DNA from: Gammaproteobacteria bacterium
GTDB lineage: Bacteria > Pseudomonadota > Gammaproteobacteria > Enterobacterales > Alteromonadaceae
DNA: 64,000 bases
NCBI GenBank assembly: GCA_017302255.1
Contig: JAFLDV010000001.1
Coordinates: 126,237-190,236 of the forward strand
Direction of reading: 5' to 3'
The position numbers and the translations under genes are program-made. The notes under the pieces are model-generated. The model did not search any database. It saw nothing but the letters and a program-made list of their open reading frames with translations, and was not told where the DNA came from. Below are positions 1 through 8,655 of this stretch, one piece after another; position 1 is the first letter of the stretch; the number at the start of each line of letters is the position of its first letter.

Positions 1-1
1 A

Positions 2-1198
2 CAACAAGATGGCAAGATCCAGATCACCTTAGCGCCTGGACAAAATGAGCTATGGTTTAATTCGAATTTGCCGCTGTCTTCTACTTTAGCCCTCAGCAGC
101 CAGGAGCAGCAATTATATGTTGAACGTTGGTTATTAAAAGCGAGTCCAGATTGGCATATTACGAGCAGCGGCAATGCCGGACAATTCGCATCGGCGCAAC
201 AACCGGTATGGCGACCTTGGCCAGCTGAGCAAGTTGCCTTGCAATTTGAAAAGCCTCAAGCGTTAGCCGGAGCTGTGTTGACCGTCCTAGGTGCTCGCCT
301 GCACATCAGCCAAGGCGAACAGGTGCAACATGCAAGCCTGCATTTGAATCTATTGGCATCACAAACAGAGCCGTTGAAGATTACGTTGCCGGCAGATATC
401 CAGCTAACCAAAGCGAGCTTAAACGACACTATGTTGCCTCGCCAGCTCGCAGGTTCTGAATATCAGCTGCAAGTACCGCCAGGTACACATTCTCTGCTCT
501 TAGAGTGGGATCAATCCCAAACAATGCCGCTGCGTTTAACAACATCAGCCCTGAAATTAAGTGTGCCAGTTGCCAATATTTGGTTAGAACTTGAAAAGCC
601 GAATGACCGCTGGTTACTTGCCTTAGGAGGCCCAACTTCAGGACCGGCCTTATTGTTCTGGGGAATGTTAGCATTAGCACTGGCGTTAGCTTGGCTGGTA
701 GTGAAATCTGGCTTCACACCGCTAAAACTTCGTGATGGTATCTTATTATTTGTTGGTATGAGTGCCATCAGTTTATGGGTGCCAGTAATGTTAAGTTTCG
801 CTTTAGTGCTGGTGGGTTGGCGTGGCCGACAACAGGCACTTCAAGGTAACTGGGCGCGGCTTAGCGTATTGAGTCTAGTGCTGTTGCTGATCGGTGCGCT
901 GCTAGCATTATTAATTTCTGTACCACAAGGTTTGATGTCTTCGCCAGATATGGCCTTGCAACATGTGCATGGTGGCTACAACACGTTGATTTGGTATCAA
1001 GATTTTGCGCAAGCGGAGCTGCCACATGCATGGATATTTAGTTTACCGCTATGGGTTTATCAAATCGCAATGTTGTCATGGGCTCTCTGGCTCGCCAGTA
1101 GCTTATTACGTTGGTTACCATGGTGTTGGCAACAGCTAACCGCAGGTGGCTTCTGGCCGACGGCCAAAGTTAAAGCAGCGGACGCTGCACAGGTGTAG
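2..1198 (+). CDS. hypothetical membrane protein, 5'-truncated at window edge (C-terminal multi-TM region)
   Basis: Frame 2 is open from nt 2 with no stop before the listed ORF 68..1198. C-terminal third is hydrophobic (LALALAWLVV, LSLVLLLIGALLALLI, Trp-rich segments). No recognisable catalytic motif. Confidence 0.45.
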   Translation, partial: QQDGKIQITLAPGQNELWFNSNLPLSSTLALSSQEQQLYVERWLLKASPDWHITSSGNAGQFASAQQPVWRPWPAEQVALQFEKPQALAGAVLTVLGARLHISQGEQVQHASLHLNLLASQTEPLKITLPADIQLTKASLNDTMLPRQLAGSEYQLQVPPGTHSLLLEWDQSQTMPLRLTTSALKLSVPVANIWLELEKPNDRWLLALGGPTSGPALLFWGMLALALALAWLVVKSGFTPLKLRDGILLFVGMSAISLWVPVMLSFALVLVGWRGRQQALQGNWARLSVLSLVLLLIGALLALLISVPQGLMSSPDMALQHVHGGYNTLIWYQDFAQAELPHAWIFSLPLWVYQIAMLSWALWLASSLLRWLPWCWQQLTAGGFWPTAKVKAADAAQV

Positions 1199-1230
1199 TT
1201 TGATTAGAGGCTGCTTAGCCTGCTTGATAT

Positions 1231-1266
1231 GCCGATACTTTCTTTGGGATCAAAGAAAGTATCGGC
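1231..1266. repeat. REP-like perfect palindrome GCCGATACTTTCTTTG-ggat-CAAAGAAAGTATCGGC (family A)
   Basis: 16-bp perfect inverted repeat with a 4-nt loop, 33 bp after the stop of the upstream CDS. The same core (TACTTTCTTTG...CAAAGAAAGTA) recurs three times at 12629-12757. Confidence 0.7.
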
Positions 1267-1291
1267 TCCTACCGTCGACAGCATCACAAAA

Positions 1292-2248
1292 TCACGCGAC
1301 TTGTTTTTCTGCTAAGTGCAGTTCCATCGTGGCTTTTAGTAAGCGGAATAAAAGAATAGAAGCGTCAATTTCTTCTTTTCTGTTGGTCAAACTCTCTACG
1401 TTTAACCCCAATGGCAAATCTAACTGCGCACAGTGGTGAAGTATTTGCTGAAGATTATCGCGGCAAATACGGATTGATTCGTTTAATGGATTTTCTGCAT
1501 CCAGGATCCGATATTTCGCTGCTTGTGGCACCGAAATTCCGAGCCATTGCATAAATTCTAAGGTCTGTTCGCCACCGCATGGGGTGAAGGTCAAAATGAT
1601 GCGTTTTGGCGTTATGCCTTGTTGCTTGCAGCTGCGAGCGTAACTTGTCAGCAAATCGATAGTTGCTTGTGCATTATAGACAGCTTGAGTGATAAAGAAC
1701 TCACAGCCTTGTTTTGATTTCTCAATCAGGCGTTCGTGCTCATTCCCTTTGTTTGCATGTCGCTCAGCAATAGCGACACCGCCAAGATAAAATGGCGCAC
1801 TGTGATCGGCCAGCTTTTCGTAGGCTTCGCTCAGGCTAAGTTTTATAGTGCCGGTTGAAGATGGACTGCCAACCAACACTAAATTATGCAAATCATAATC
1901 GCTGCTGGTGGTATCAAGCCATTGGTTAAATTCTTCAGCATCACGTTGCGCCACACTTTTATAGGTGATGACGTCACGACGAGCTAGTTTACGCAACAAT
2001 TGGCCGTACTCACGCGGATCTAAGGTTGCATGGAATGGAAATGGCCGTTGTTCCGCAACGCGACTGCTTTCGTCTTGGATGTCATAAACTACAACACCGT
2101 CAAACTCGATCTCATTTAATCGCTTCAACAGTTTGCTGGCAATTCTCTCAACTTTATCTGCAGCGGTATCCGCTTTTGGCGGTGTAGTTCCGATCAAATA
2201 AACACCCTGCTTTGGGTCTTTGATTTTTTGCTTTAACGACAATGGCAT
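1292..2248 (-). CDS. methylenetetrahydrofolate reductase-like (MetF/MTHFR family) flavoprotein
   Basis: 318 aa with overall architecture resembling the MTHFR TIM-barrel family (pfam02219-like). Family assignment is by resemblance only. Confidence 0.5.
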   Translation of the reverse strand: MPLSLKQKIKDPKQGVYLIGTTPPKADTAADKVERIASKLLKRLNEIEFDGVVVYDIQDESSRVAEQRPFPFHATLDPREYGQLLRKLARRDVITYKSVAQRDAEEFNQWLDTTSSDYDLHNLVLVGSPSSTGTIKLSLSEAYEKLADHSAPFYLGGVAIAERHANKGNEHERLIEKSKQGCEFFITQAVYNAQATIDLLTSYARSCKQQGITPKRIILTFTPCGGEQTLEFMQWLGISVPQAAKYRILDAENPLNESIRICRDNLQQILHHCAQLDLPLGLNVESLTNRKEEIDASILLFRLLKATMELHLAEKQVA

Positions 2249-2556
2249 TTGCTAACTTCCCAAACAACTTGATACGGCTAAGTATACAGATGTTTGGATG
2301 GCTGGCCATCTAAATTTAAATGAATTTTTTCGATTATTCAGATTAGCAATGCTTAAGCTAAAGCTGATTATTCTTTAGTTATTGATTATTATAGTTTTTT
2401 ACTGGTGGCTTTATACTTTCCCTTTCGAGAAAAATTTGCTGCGCTAAGGGCAGATCTGTGGCAGCTAAAGCCACTTAAGGTGATCAGCAATAGAAGACTG
2501 CGCCTTTGAATCGTGAAATCAATTAAGCTTGGGCAGTGAGTGGCTTTTTAACAGGC

Positions 2557-2587
2557 AAAAAAAAAGCAGCCTAAGCTGCTTTTTTCG
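2557..2587 (-). terminator. rho-independent terminator (bidirectional hairpin)
   Basis: AAAAAAAAAGCAGCctaaGCTGCTTTTTTT: GC stem flanked by an A-run and a T-run, immediately downstream of the minus-strand CDS ending at 2600. Confidence 0.75.
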
Positions 2588-2599
2588 TACAATTCAAAA

Positions 2600-3202
2600 T
2601 TACTTTTGACGGCGACGTAACATCATACCGAACAAACCAACACCTAATAACAGGGCTGTTGCTGGAGCAGAAACTACGCTTACTGAGTCAAGCAAGTTGC
2701 CTTTGTAACCTGGAGTATTTGAAGTGAAACGGATAGTTGAACTTGTTGCTGAAGCAACAAAAGAACCGCTGAACGTGCTCCAAGCTGTGGTTACATGATC
2801 ATCAAGAACTTTAGTGAAATCACCGATGAAGAAAGTGAAAGATTCATCATTGTTTTGACGAGCACGGTAAGCAAAAGAGAAATTGTAAGTCTCACCAATT
2901 ACAGTAGCGAATGTTTGGTACAGTGACCACACACCTGGAACTACATTTGTATCTGGTAAGTGAGCATTTAATTCAATGTGTTGATTGCCAGTAAACGCGC
3001 CTGGAGTTGAATAATTCCAAACTTCTAAGTTAGTGCCTTTCCAGCCTAAATTAGTTACTGTGCTCAGATCAAAAAACGTCCAAGCTGCTGGCGCAATTTG
3101 TACATCTTCGAAATCGCCATTCACAATCAAGTTAGCTTGTGCATGAGTCGCTAAAAGGCTGCATGCTGCTAACAGTAGAGCTTTTATATTTAAAAATTTC
3201 AT
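2600..3202 (-). CDS. PEP-CTERM sorting-domain secreted protein
   Basis: Signal peptide MKFLNIKALLLAACSLLATHAQA. C-terminus VSAPATALLLGVGLFGMMLRRRQK is a PEP-CTERM-type anchor (TM helix plus basic tail). Start moved to the internal ATG at 3202, which has a better RBS context than the ORF-track start at 3274. Confidence 0.55.
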   Translation of the reverse strand: MKFLNIKALLLAACSLLATHAQANLIVNGDFEDVQIAPAAWTFFDLSTVTNLGWKGTNLEVWNYSTPGAFTGNQHIELNAHLPDTNVVPGVWSLYQTFATVIGETYNFSFAYRARQNNDESFTFFIGDFTKVLDDHVTTAWSTFSGSFVASATSSTIRFTSNTPGYKGNLLDSVSVVSAPATALLLGVGLFGMMLRRRQK

Positions 3203-3344
3203 CGCTACATCCAACCTATTACAAAATTCATTAAGGTTTACTACAACAAATCGCATTGTAACTGAACATTTCAAAAAAACATAGCTGTTTTTTTGTACTT
3301 TAGAGCGAGCTTTTTATCTGATTGGATGCAGTTCTTTTGTGAAT

Positions 3345-3620
3345 TTAACTATCCCATGATTTATTTGAAATATTAGAAATAGTTTCAGTAACTTGCGTTG
3401 CCACATCTTCGATTTCGTTTTGCGATTTTACTGCTCGGTCGACCAAAGACAGGCCAGTTTCTGAGTATAAGTTAGCATTTTTCATCAAATCCATAGCTGC
3501 AACAGTTAATTCTGAATTGCGCGCAACAACTGTTTGAATATCAACGGTGGAAGTGCTTGTTCGAGCCGCCAAGTTGCGAACTTCATCGGCGACAACGGCA
3601 AATCCTTGTTCGTGAAACAC
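3345..3620 (-). pseudogene. methyl-accepting chemotaxis protein C-terminal remnant
   Basis: GFAVVADEVRNLAARTSTS... aligns to the signalling-domain end of the intact MCP at 5089..7887 ([21 protein letters not shown]...). Upstream reading frame is broken by a stop 33 nt above the ATG and carries no HAMP or sensor domain. Confidence 0.55.
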
Positions 3621-4063
3621 TTGCGATTTGCTATCGCTGTGAAAGTTAATGGCTTAATCACATGGTTACGTCGAACAAAAATTGGATTGTCGGTCACCTC
3701 TAGTTACAAGCTTTCCTCTCGGGCATTTATCCGTTCCAATCTTCCAGTTTTGAATTGGCCGCAGTTGAAGGTCGGGTAGTTGTCGTTGTTTGGTTTCAAC
3801 TTAAACAGAAAACCTTAAATTAGATGTCATGAAAGCACTCAATATTCATCTATATTAATTGTACAGATTTCGCGCATTAATCAGCTAAAAGCTATCGACC
3901 AAATCTTGCGCTAAGTGAAAAATCAGGTACACTCCAGAGGACAAATGAGACATGAGCAATATTTTTGTTGTTTTTTCCGACATTATTGCCGAAGGCGATA
4001 TAAGCTGTTGAGATAACATCAGAGTTAAATCAATTAACTAGGTAATTCCTTCGAGGGTCATAT

Positions 4064-4993
4064 ATGTCTTCAAGCTTAAACTCGGTGAACCAGCGCACCA
4101 ATTTGGTTGGTCAAAACAGGTTTGAATTGTTGATGTTCCGACTAAATGGTCCACAGCCGTTTGGCATTAACGTCTTCAAAGTTAGAGAAGTTTTAAAGTG
4201 TCCAGAGCTTTCGGAAATGCCGGGTTCTAGTCCGCAAGTCCGTGGTATTGCCCATTTGCGCGGTGTGCCAATTACGGTCATTGACTTGAGTTTGGCCACT
4301 GGCGGCAGTGCTATCACTGATATTTCCAATGCCTTTGTATTAGTGACTGAATATAACCGCAGTACTCAAGGTTTCTTAGTCGGCGGTGTTGATCGCATTA
4401 TCAACGTCAACTGGGAACAAATTTCGCCGCCACCAAGCGGAGCAGGCAAAGCGCATTACCTGACAGCAGTGACTGAAATCGACGGTAAGTTGGTTCAGAT
4501 CATTGATGTTGAGAAAGTATTCTTCGAAATTTCTCCGGTAAATGAAGATGTAAGTCAGCAAGTCATTGAAGAGGCGCAGCAGATCGATTTCTCGAAAATG
4601 ACAGTATTAGTCGCTGATGACTCGATGATTGCCCGTAAACAAGTGAAGAATGCGCTGCAATCAATCGGCATCAATGTTGAATTAGTCAACGATGGGCGTT
4701 CCGCTCTCAATTGGTTGGAAGCAAAAGCCGCAGAACTTGGTGATAATTTAACTAAGGTTGTGCCTTTGTTGATTTCTGATATCGAAATGCCAGAGATGGA
4801 CGGTTACACCTTAACTGCAGAAATCAAAGCGAATCCAGATTTAAGAAATCTGCATATAGTATTACATTCATCCTTGAGCGGCGTATTCAACGAAGCAATG
4901 GTGAAGAAAGTTGGTGCCGATCAGTTTATTGCCAAATTCCACCCTGATGAGTTGGTTTTGGCAGTACAAAAATGGATGGGTAACAAAGGATAA
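4064..4993 (+). CDS. cheV: chemotaxis protein CheV (CheW-like domain fused to response-regulator receiver)
   Basis: N-terminal CheW-like region (FRLNGPQPFGINVFKVREV). C-terminal receiver (LVADDSMIARK, ISDIEMPEMDGYTL, phospho-acceptor Asp context). GAGGG RBS 8 nt upstream. Confidence 0.85.
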   Translation: MSSSLNSVNQRTNLVGQNRFELLMFRLNGPQPFGINVFKVREVLKCPELSEMPGSSPQVRGIAHLRGVPITVIDLSLATGGSAITDISNAFVLVTEYNRSTQGFLVGGVDRIINVNWEQISPPPSGAGKAHYLTAVTEIDGKLVQIIDVEKVFFEISPVNEDVSQQVIEEAQQIDFSKMTVLVADDSMIARKQVKNALQSIGINVELVNDGRSALNWLEAKAAELGDNLTKVVPLLISDIEMPEMDGYTLTAEIKANPDLRNLHIVLHSSLSGVFNEAMVKKVGADQFIAKFHPDELVLAVQKWMGNKG

Positions 4994-5088
4994 TTATTCG
5001 CTGCTGGTTATGTAAGCAGGCAAAGCTCGAACTGGGGTATGTTCGATTAAATCGTCAAAGGAATTGCGCTAATTGACAAGGTCAATCT

Positions 5089-7887
5089 ATGAAATTCCTG
5101 ATGATGTTTAATAATTTGGCGTTTGCAGTGAAGATGTCACTGCTCGGCCTGCTTACTGTTGTTATGGTTTTAGTGCCAACAGTCCCCTTAACTAAACAAC
5201 TCTCGGCAAACGTTGAATTTAATGCGCAAGAGCTGTCGGGTATAGCACCATCTAAATTCGCAGGTGCCTTACTTGCTGGACTACAGCAACATCGCGGCTT
5301 GTCGAGTTTTACATTAACTGGCGCAGATCAAAGTCAACGCGTACAAGCCGCTAACGCTGTTGACAATTTTTTTGCAAAATTATCTGAATCGGTACAGAGT
5401 GGCTTGCAGCTGCCGGCGCTCGCCAAAAAAATCCAGCAGTTAGATAAAGATTGGCAACGTCTGCAATCACAAGTGGCTGCCGGTAGTCTTACCCCAGCTG
5501 AATCGTTTTCGCAGCATACTCAAATCATTGATGTCTTAGTTCAGGATATTCAAAATCAAATTTTAGATAGTTCTGGTCTTAGTTATGACCCTGTCGCTGA
5601 AAGCTACCATTTAATTATTGGAGCTCTGCAAAATGCCCCACGCTTAATGGAAGATGTGTCGCAAGTCCGGGGTAATGGTGCTGCATTGTTGCGAAGCGGT
5701 ACGCAAGATCCGGTACAGCAGTCACTGGTAGTGCAGAATTTAGCTGCAGCGCAACAACCCTATCTCGATCTAATTCGAAATATCAAAGTCGCTGCTGGAC
5801 TCAGTGACAAAGCCAGCGTGAAGCAATTGCTTAATGAAACTAAGAAAATTGAGCTTGAGATCCAAGAATTACAGCAAAATGTGCAAGAGCATTTAATTCG
5901 ACCTGCGGCTTTAACATACTCACCAGAGTTATTTTTTAGTGATGCTAGCCAGGTGATTGACCATATCGATCAAGTTTCGCAAAGTGTTGCAGGTGTTTTA
6001 GAGCAGGTTTTGATTGAACGCGACCAAGATTACCGTGCAGAGCGCACACGACTCATCACCATAGTGCTGAGCTGTGCGCTAGCCTTTTTCTCTCTAGCGA
6101 TATATTTAGTGGTTAGCTTCTCGAGAGGTCTGAATGCCAACGTGCTAACAGCGCGGGCTATCATGGCGAAAGATTTTACCAAAGCCAAAGAAAGCGTACG
6201 CAAAGACGAAATCGGTGCGCTGCAGCGCGCAATGTTTGAAATGAATAAAGGGCTGGAACTTGCAGAACAACAGGCGCAGCAGTTAGCTGAGCGCGCTGCG
6301 TTGGATGCAGAAAAAGCAGCGCGAGATGCAGTAATTGCTCGAGAGAATCAGCGGATCCGCCAAGCCTTGGATGAGACATCAACGAATGTGTTGATTGTCG
6401 ATGCCGAACGCAAAGTGATTTACCTTAATAAATCAATTCTGGCGATGCTGCGCCGTGCGCAATCGACCTTACAACAAGATTTACCATATTTTGATACTGA
6501 AAAATTGTTGGGTGCGCCTGTTGATGTATTTGAAAAACAAACCTCGCAAGCCACTAGTTTCCTTTCCCGATTGGAACAAGCCGGGACAACAGATCTGTTA
6601 ATCGCAGGAATTCATCTTCGTGTGACGGCGACCACCATTTTTACCGAACATGGCGAGCGCTTGGGTACTGTGATCGAATGGTTAGACCGTAGCAATGAAG
6701 TGCAAGCTGAGCTAGAAGTTGAAGCTGTAGTGCAAGCTGCAGTTCGAGGTGACTTCCATTTACGGGTTCAACAACAGAATAAACATGGCTTTATGCTGAA
6801 AATTGCAGAGGGATTAAATAGCCTTACCGATACCTGCGAGCGCAGCTTAACTGATATTAGCCGTGTACTGCAGGCCATTGCTGATGGTGATTTAACGCAA
6901 AGAGTTAATGCAACTTACCAAGGCACCTTTGAAGAGTTAAAAGAAGGCTGTAACCAAACTGCCAATAAGCTCAGCGAAATGTTGTTAGAGATCCGCGATG
7001 CATCCTCGACCATCAATACCGCGGCTGATGAAATTTCGCGGGGTAATACGGATTTATCCAGCCGCACTGAAGAACAAGCGTCCAGCCTTGAGGAGACAGC
7101 CTCAAGTATGGAAGAGCTCAGTGGCACTGTGCGGCAGAATGCTGAAAATGCACAGCAAGCGAATAGACTGGCGGCAGAGGCATCGCAAGTTGCTGTAACT
7201 GGCGGTGATTTGATTCGACAAGTGGTTGATACCATGGCGTCGATAAATGAATCTGCTCGGCAAATCGCTGATATTATTGGTGTTATTGATGGCATCGCCT
7301 TCCAAACTAATATTCTGGCACTTAATGCGGCGGTAGAAGCTGCGCGGGCGGGGGAGCAAGGTCGAGGTTTTGCGGTGGTTGCGTCAGAGGTTCGCAGTCT
7401 CGCTCAGCGTTCAGCGAATGCCGCTAAAGATATCAAAGGACTGATTTCTGATTCCGTAACTAAGATAGGTAATGGCAATCATTTAGTGGGGCGCTCAGGC
7501 CAAACGATGCAAGATATTGTGGTGGCCATTAAACGCGTCAACGATTTAATGAGTGACATTGCTGCGGCGTCTGTAGAGCAAGCGACCGGTTTGGACGAAG
7601 TCAGTAAGTCAGTTAGCCAAATGGATAATATGACTCAGCAGAATGCGGCCTTGGTTGAAGAGGCTGCCGCAGCGGCAGAAAGCTTATTATCGCAAGCCAA
7701 TCAGCTAACCTCGCAAGTGTCGAAGTTCAAACTAGATGATGCGCCGCGAAAAGCGAGTGTTGTCGCACCAAGACTGCAGCAAGCAAAACCCAGAACTGCT
7801 GGCATGATTAAAAGCACTACCAGTAGCAGCAGTAAACAATTGCCGCGGCAACAAATGCCAGCAGATGATGAGTGGGAAGCGTTTTAA
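5089..7887 (+). CDS. methyl-accepting chemotaxis protein with large periplasmic sensor, HAMP and PAS-like regions
   Basis: Two TM segments flank a sensor domain of about 280 aa. Highly conserved MCP signalling motif [37 protein letters not shown]. 932 aa. Confidence 0.9.
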   Translation: MKFLMMFNNLAFAVKMSLLGLLTVVMVLVPTVPLTKQLSANVEFNAQELSGIAPSKFAGALLAGLQQHRGLSSFTLTGADQSQRVQAANAVDNFFAKLSESVQSGLQLPALAKKIQQLDKDWQRLQSQVAAGSLTPAESFSQHTQIIDVLVQDIQNQILDSSGLSYDPVAESYHLIIGALQNAPRLMEDVSQVRGNGAALLRSGTQDPVQQSLVVQNLAAAQQPYLDLIRNIKVAAGLSDKASVKQLLNETKKIELEIQELQQNVQEHLIRPAALTYSPELFFSDASQVIDHIDQVSQSVAGVLEQVLIERDQDYRAERTRLITIVLSCALAFFSLAIYLVVSFSRGLNANVLTARAIMAKDFTKAKESVRKDEIGALQRAMFEMNKGLELAEQQAQQLAERAALDAEKAARDAVIARENQRIRQALDETSTNVLIVDAERKVIYLNKSILAMLRRAQSTLQQDLPYFDTEKLLGAPVDVFEKQTSQATSFLSRLEQAGTTDLLIAGIHLRVTATTIFTEHGERLGTVIEWLDRSNEVQAELEVEAVVQAAVRGDFHLRVQQQNKHGFMLKIAEGLNSLTDTCERSLTDISRVLQAIADGDLTQRVNATYQGTFEELKEGCNQTANKLSEMLLEIRDASSTINTAADEISRGNTDLSSRTEEQASSLEETASSMEELSGTVRQNAENAQQANRLAAEASQVAVTGGDLIRQVVDTMASINESARQIADIIGVIDGIAFQTNILALNAAVEAARAGEQGRGFAVVASEVRSLAQRSANAAKDIKGLISDSVTKIGNGNHLVGRSGQTMQDIVVAIKRVNDLMSDIAAASVEQATGLDEVSKSVSQMDNMTQQNAALVEEAAAAAESLLSQANQLTSQVSKFKLDDAPRKASVVAPRLQQAKPRTAGMIKSTTSSSSKQLPRQQMPADDEWEAF

Positions 7888-7904
7888 GTTGTTAAGTTAA
7901 GACA

Positions 7905-7935
7905 AAACGGCGTAGCTAGATGTAACTACGCCGTT
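7905..7935. terminator. bidirectional rho-independent terminator between convergent genes
   Basis: AAACGGCGTAGctagatgtaaCTACGCCGTTT hairpin with T-runs on both strands, between the MCP stop (7887) and the minus-strand CDS stop (7955). Confidence 0.75.
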
Positions 7936-7954
7936 TCTTTAATTACCTGCTCAA

Positions 7955-8569
7955 TTAATCGTTCGCCAGTTTAGGGATGGCTTTAGCGTAACTGACAAAA
8001 TGTGCAGCTAGCATGAGATGAAATAGCGCCATGGCGATGTCATCGTTAGCAATCAACGCAACACAGAGTGGCACTGCGAGTAGGCAACAAATAGCCAGGA
8101 CTATTAAGCGACGCGCAGCTATGTTTTGCAGTAGTGCTAGTAACATCAAAATCAGCGCGGCATCAGTAAACATACTAAAAAATCCGAGCTGGGGCAGTAA
8201 TGCCATAGCAAGTAAACTTGGTGCGAACCAAACAGGCAATCTGCCCCAAAGCCAGACTGTCGCAAACAGATAAAGCGGCATGGCGAAATTGCGCGAAATG
8301 CTAGACAACAAATCATGCAAGTCATCTAGACGATAACCCAGCACTTTGCTTGAAATGAGGTCGGCTGGAGCGCCTTGAGTCAGCGCGTAATAACGCACAG
8401 CCCCAAAGCTCGCAGTCGTCGCAATTGTCAGCAGCGCCAATACCAACAACGACCAAATGCTCGCTGCTTGTGGTGCTTCACTATCACCTACTTTATGTTG
8501 ACTGAGTTGCCATACAGCGAACAACAGCGCTAGCACTAAGCAGCCTTCGGCTATTGCGGTTAAGATCAT
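7955..8569 (-). CDS. hypothetical inner-membrane protein (about 6 TM)
   Basis: 204 aa, almost entirely hydrophobic helices, no motif recognised. Confidence 0.45.
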   Translation of the reverse strand: MILTAIAEGCLVLALLFAVWQLSQHKVGDSEAPQAASIWSLLVLALLTIATTASFGAVRYYALTQGAPADLISSKVLGYRLDDLHDLLSSISRNFAMPLYLFATVWLWGRLPVWFAPSLLAMALLPQLGFFSMFTDAALILMLLALLQNIAARRLIVLAICCLLAVPLCVALIANDDIAMALFHLMLAAHFVSYAKAIPKLAND

Positions 8570-8586
8570 TGTTTTTACTCCGAAAA

Positions 8587-8612
8587 AAGCCCCTGAGTAG
8601 GGGCTTTATTTT
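8587..8612 (-). terminator. rho-independent terminator downstream of TonB-dependent receptor gene
   Basis: AAAAAAGCCCCTgagtAGGGGCTTTATTTT hairpin with flanking A- and T-runs. Confidence 0.75.
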
Positions 8613-8655
8613 CTGTTGCGCTAAGTTGAATTACGCTTAGATTATGCCGTTCAAC

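Noticed and set aside
1146-1439. ORF 1146..1439(+)
   Set aside because: It runs through the REP-like palindrome and into the 3' end of the minus-strand MTHFR-like gene. Composition is not protein-like.
3506-3779. ORFs 3506..3697(-) and 3534..3779(+)
   Set aside because: They are short overlapping frames in the degraded region upstream of the MCP remnant with no homology signal. They are treated as part of the pseudogene locus.
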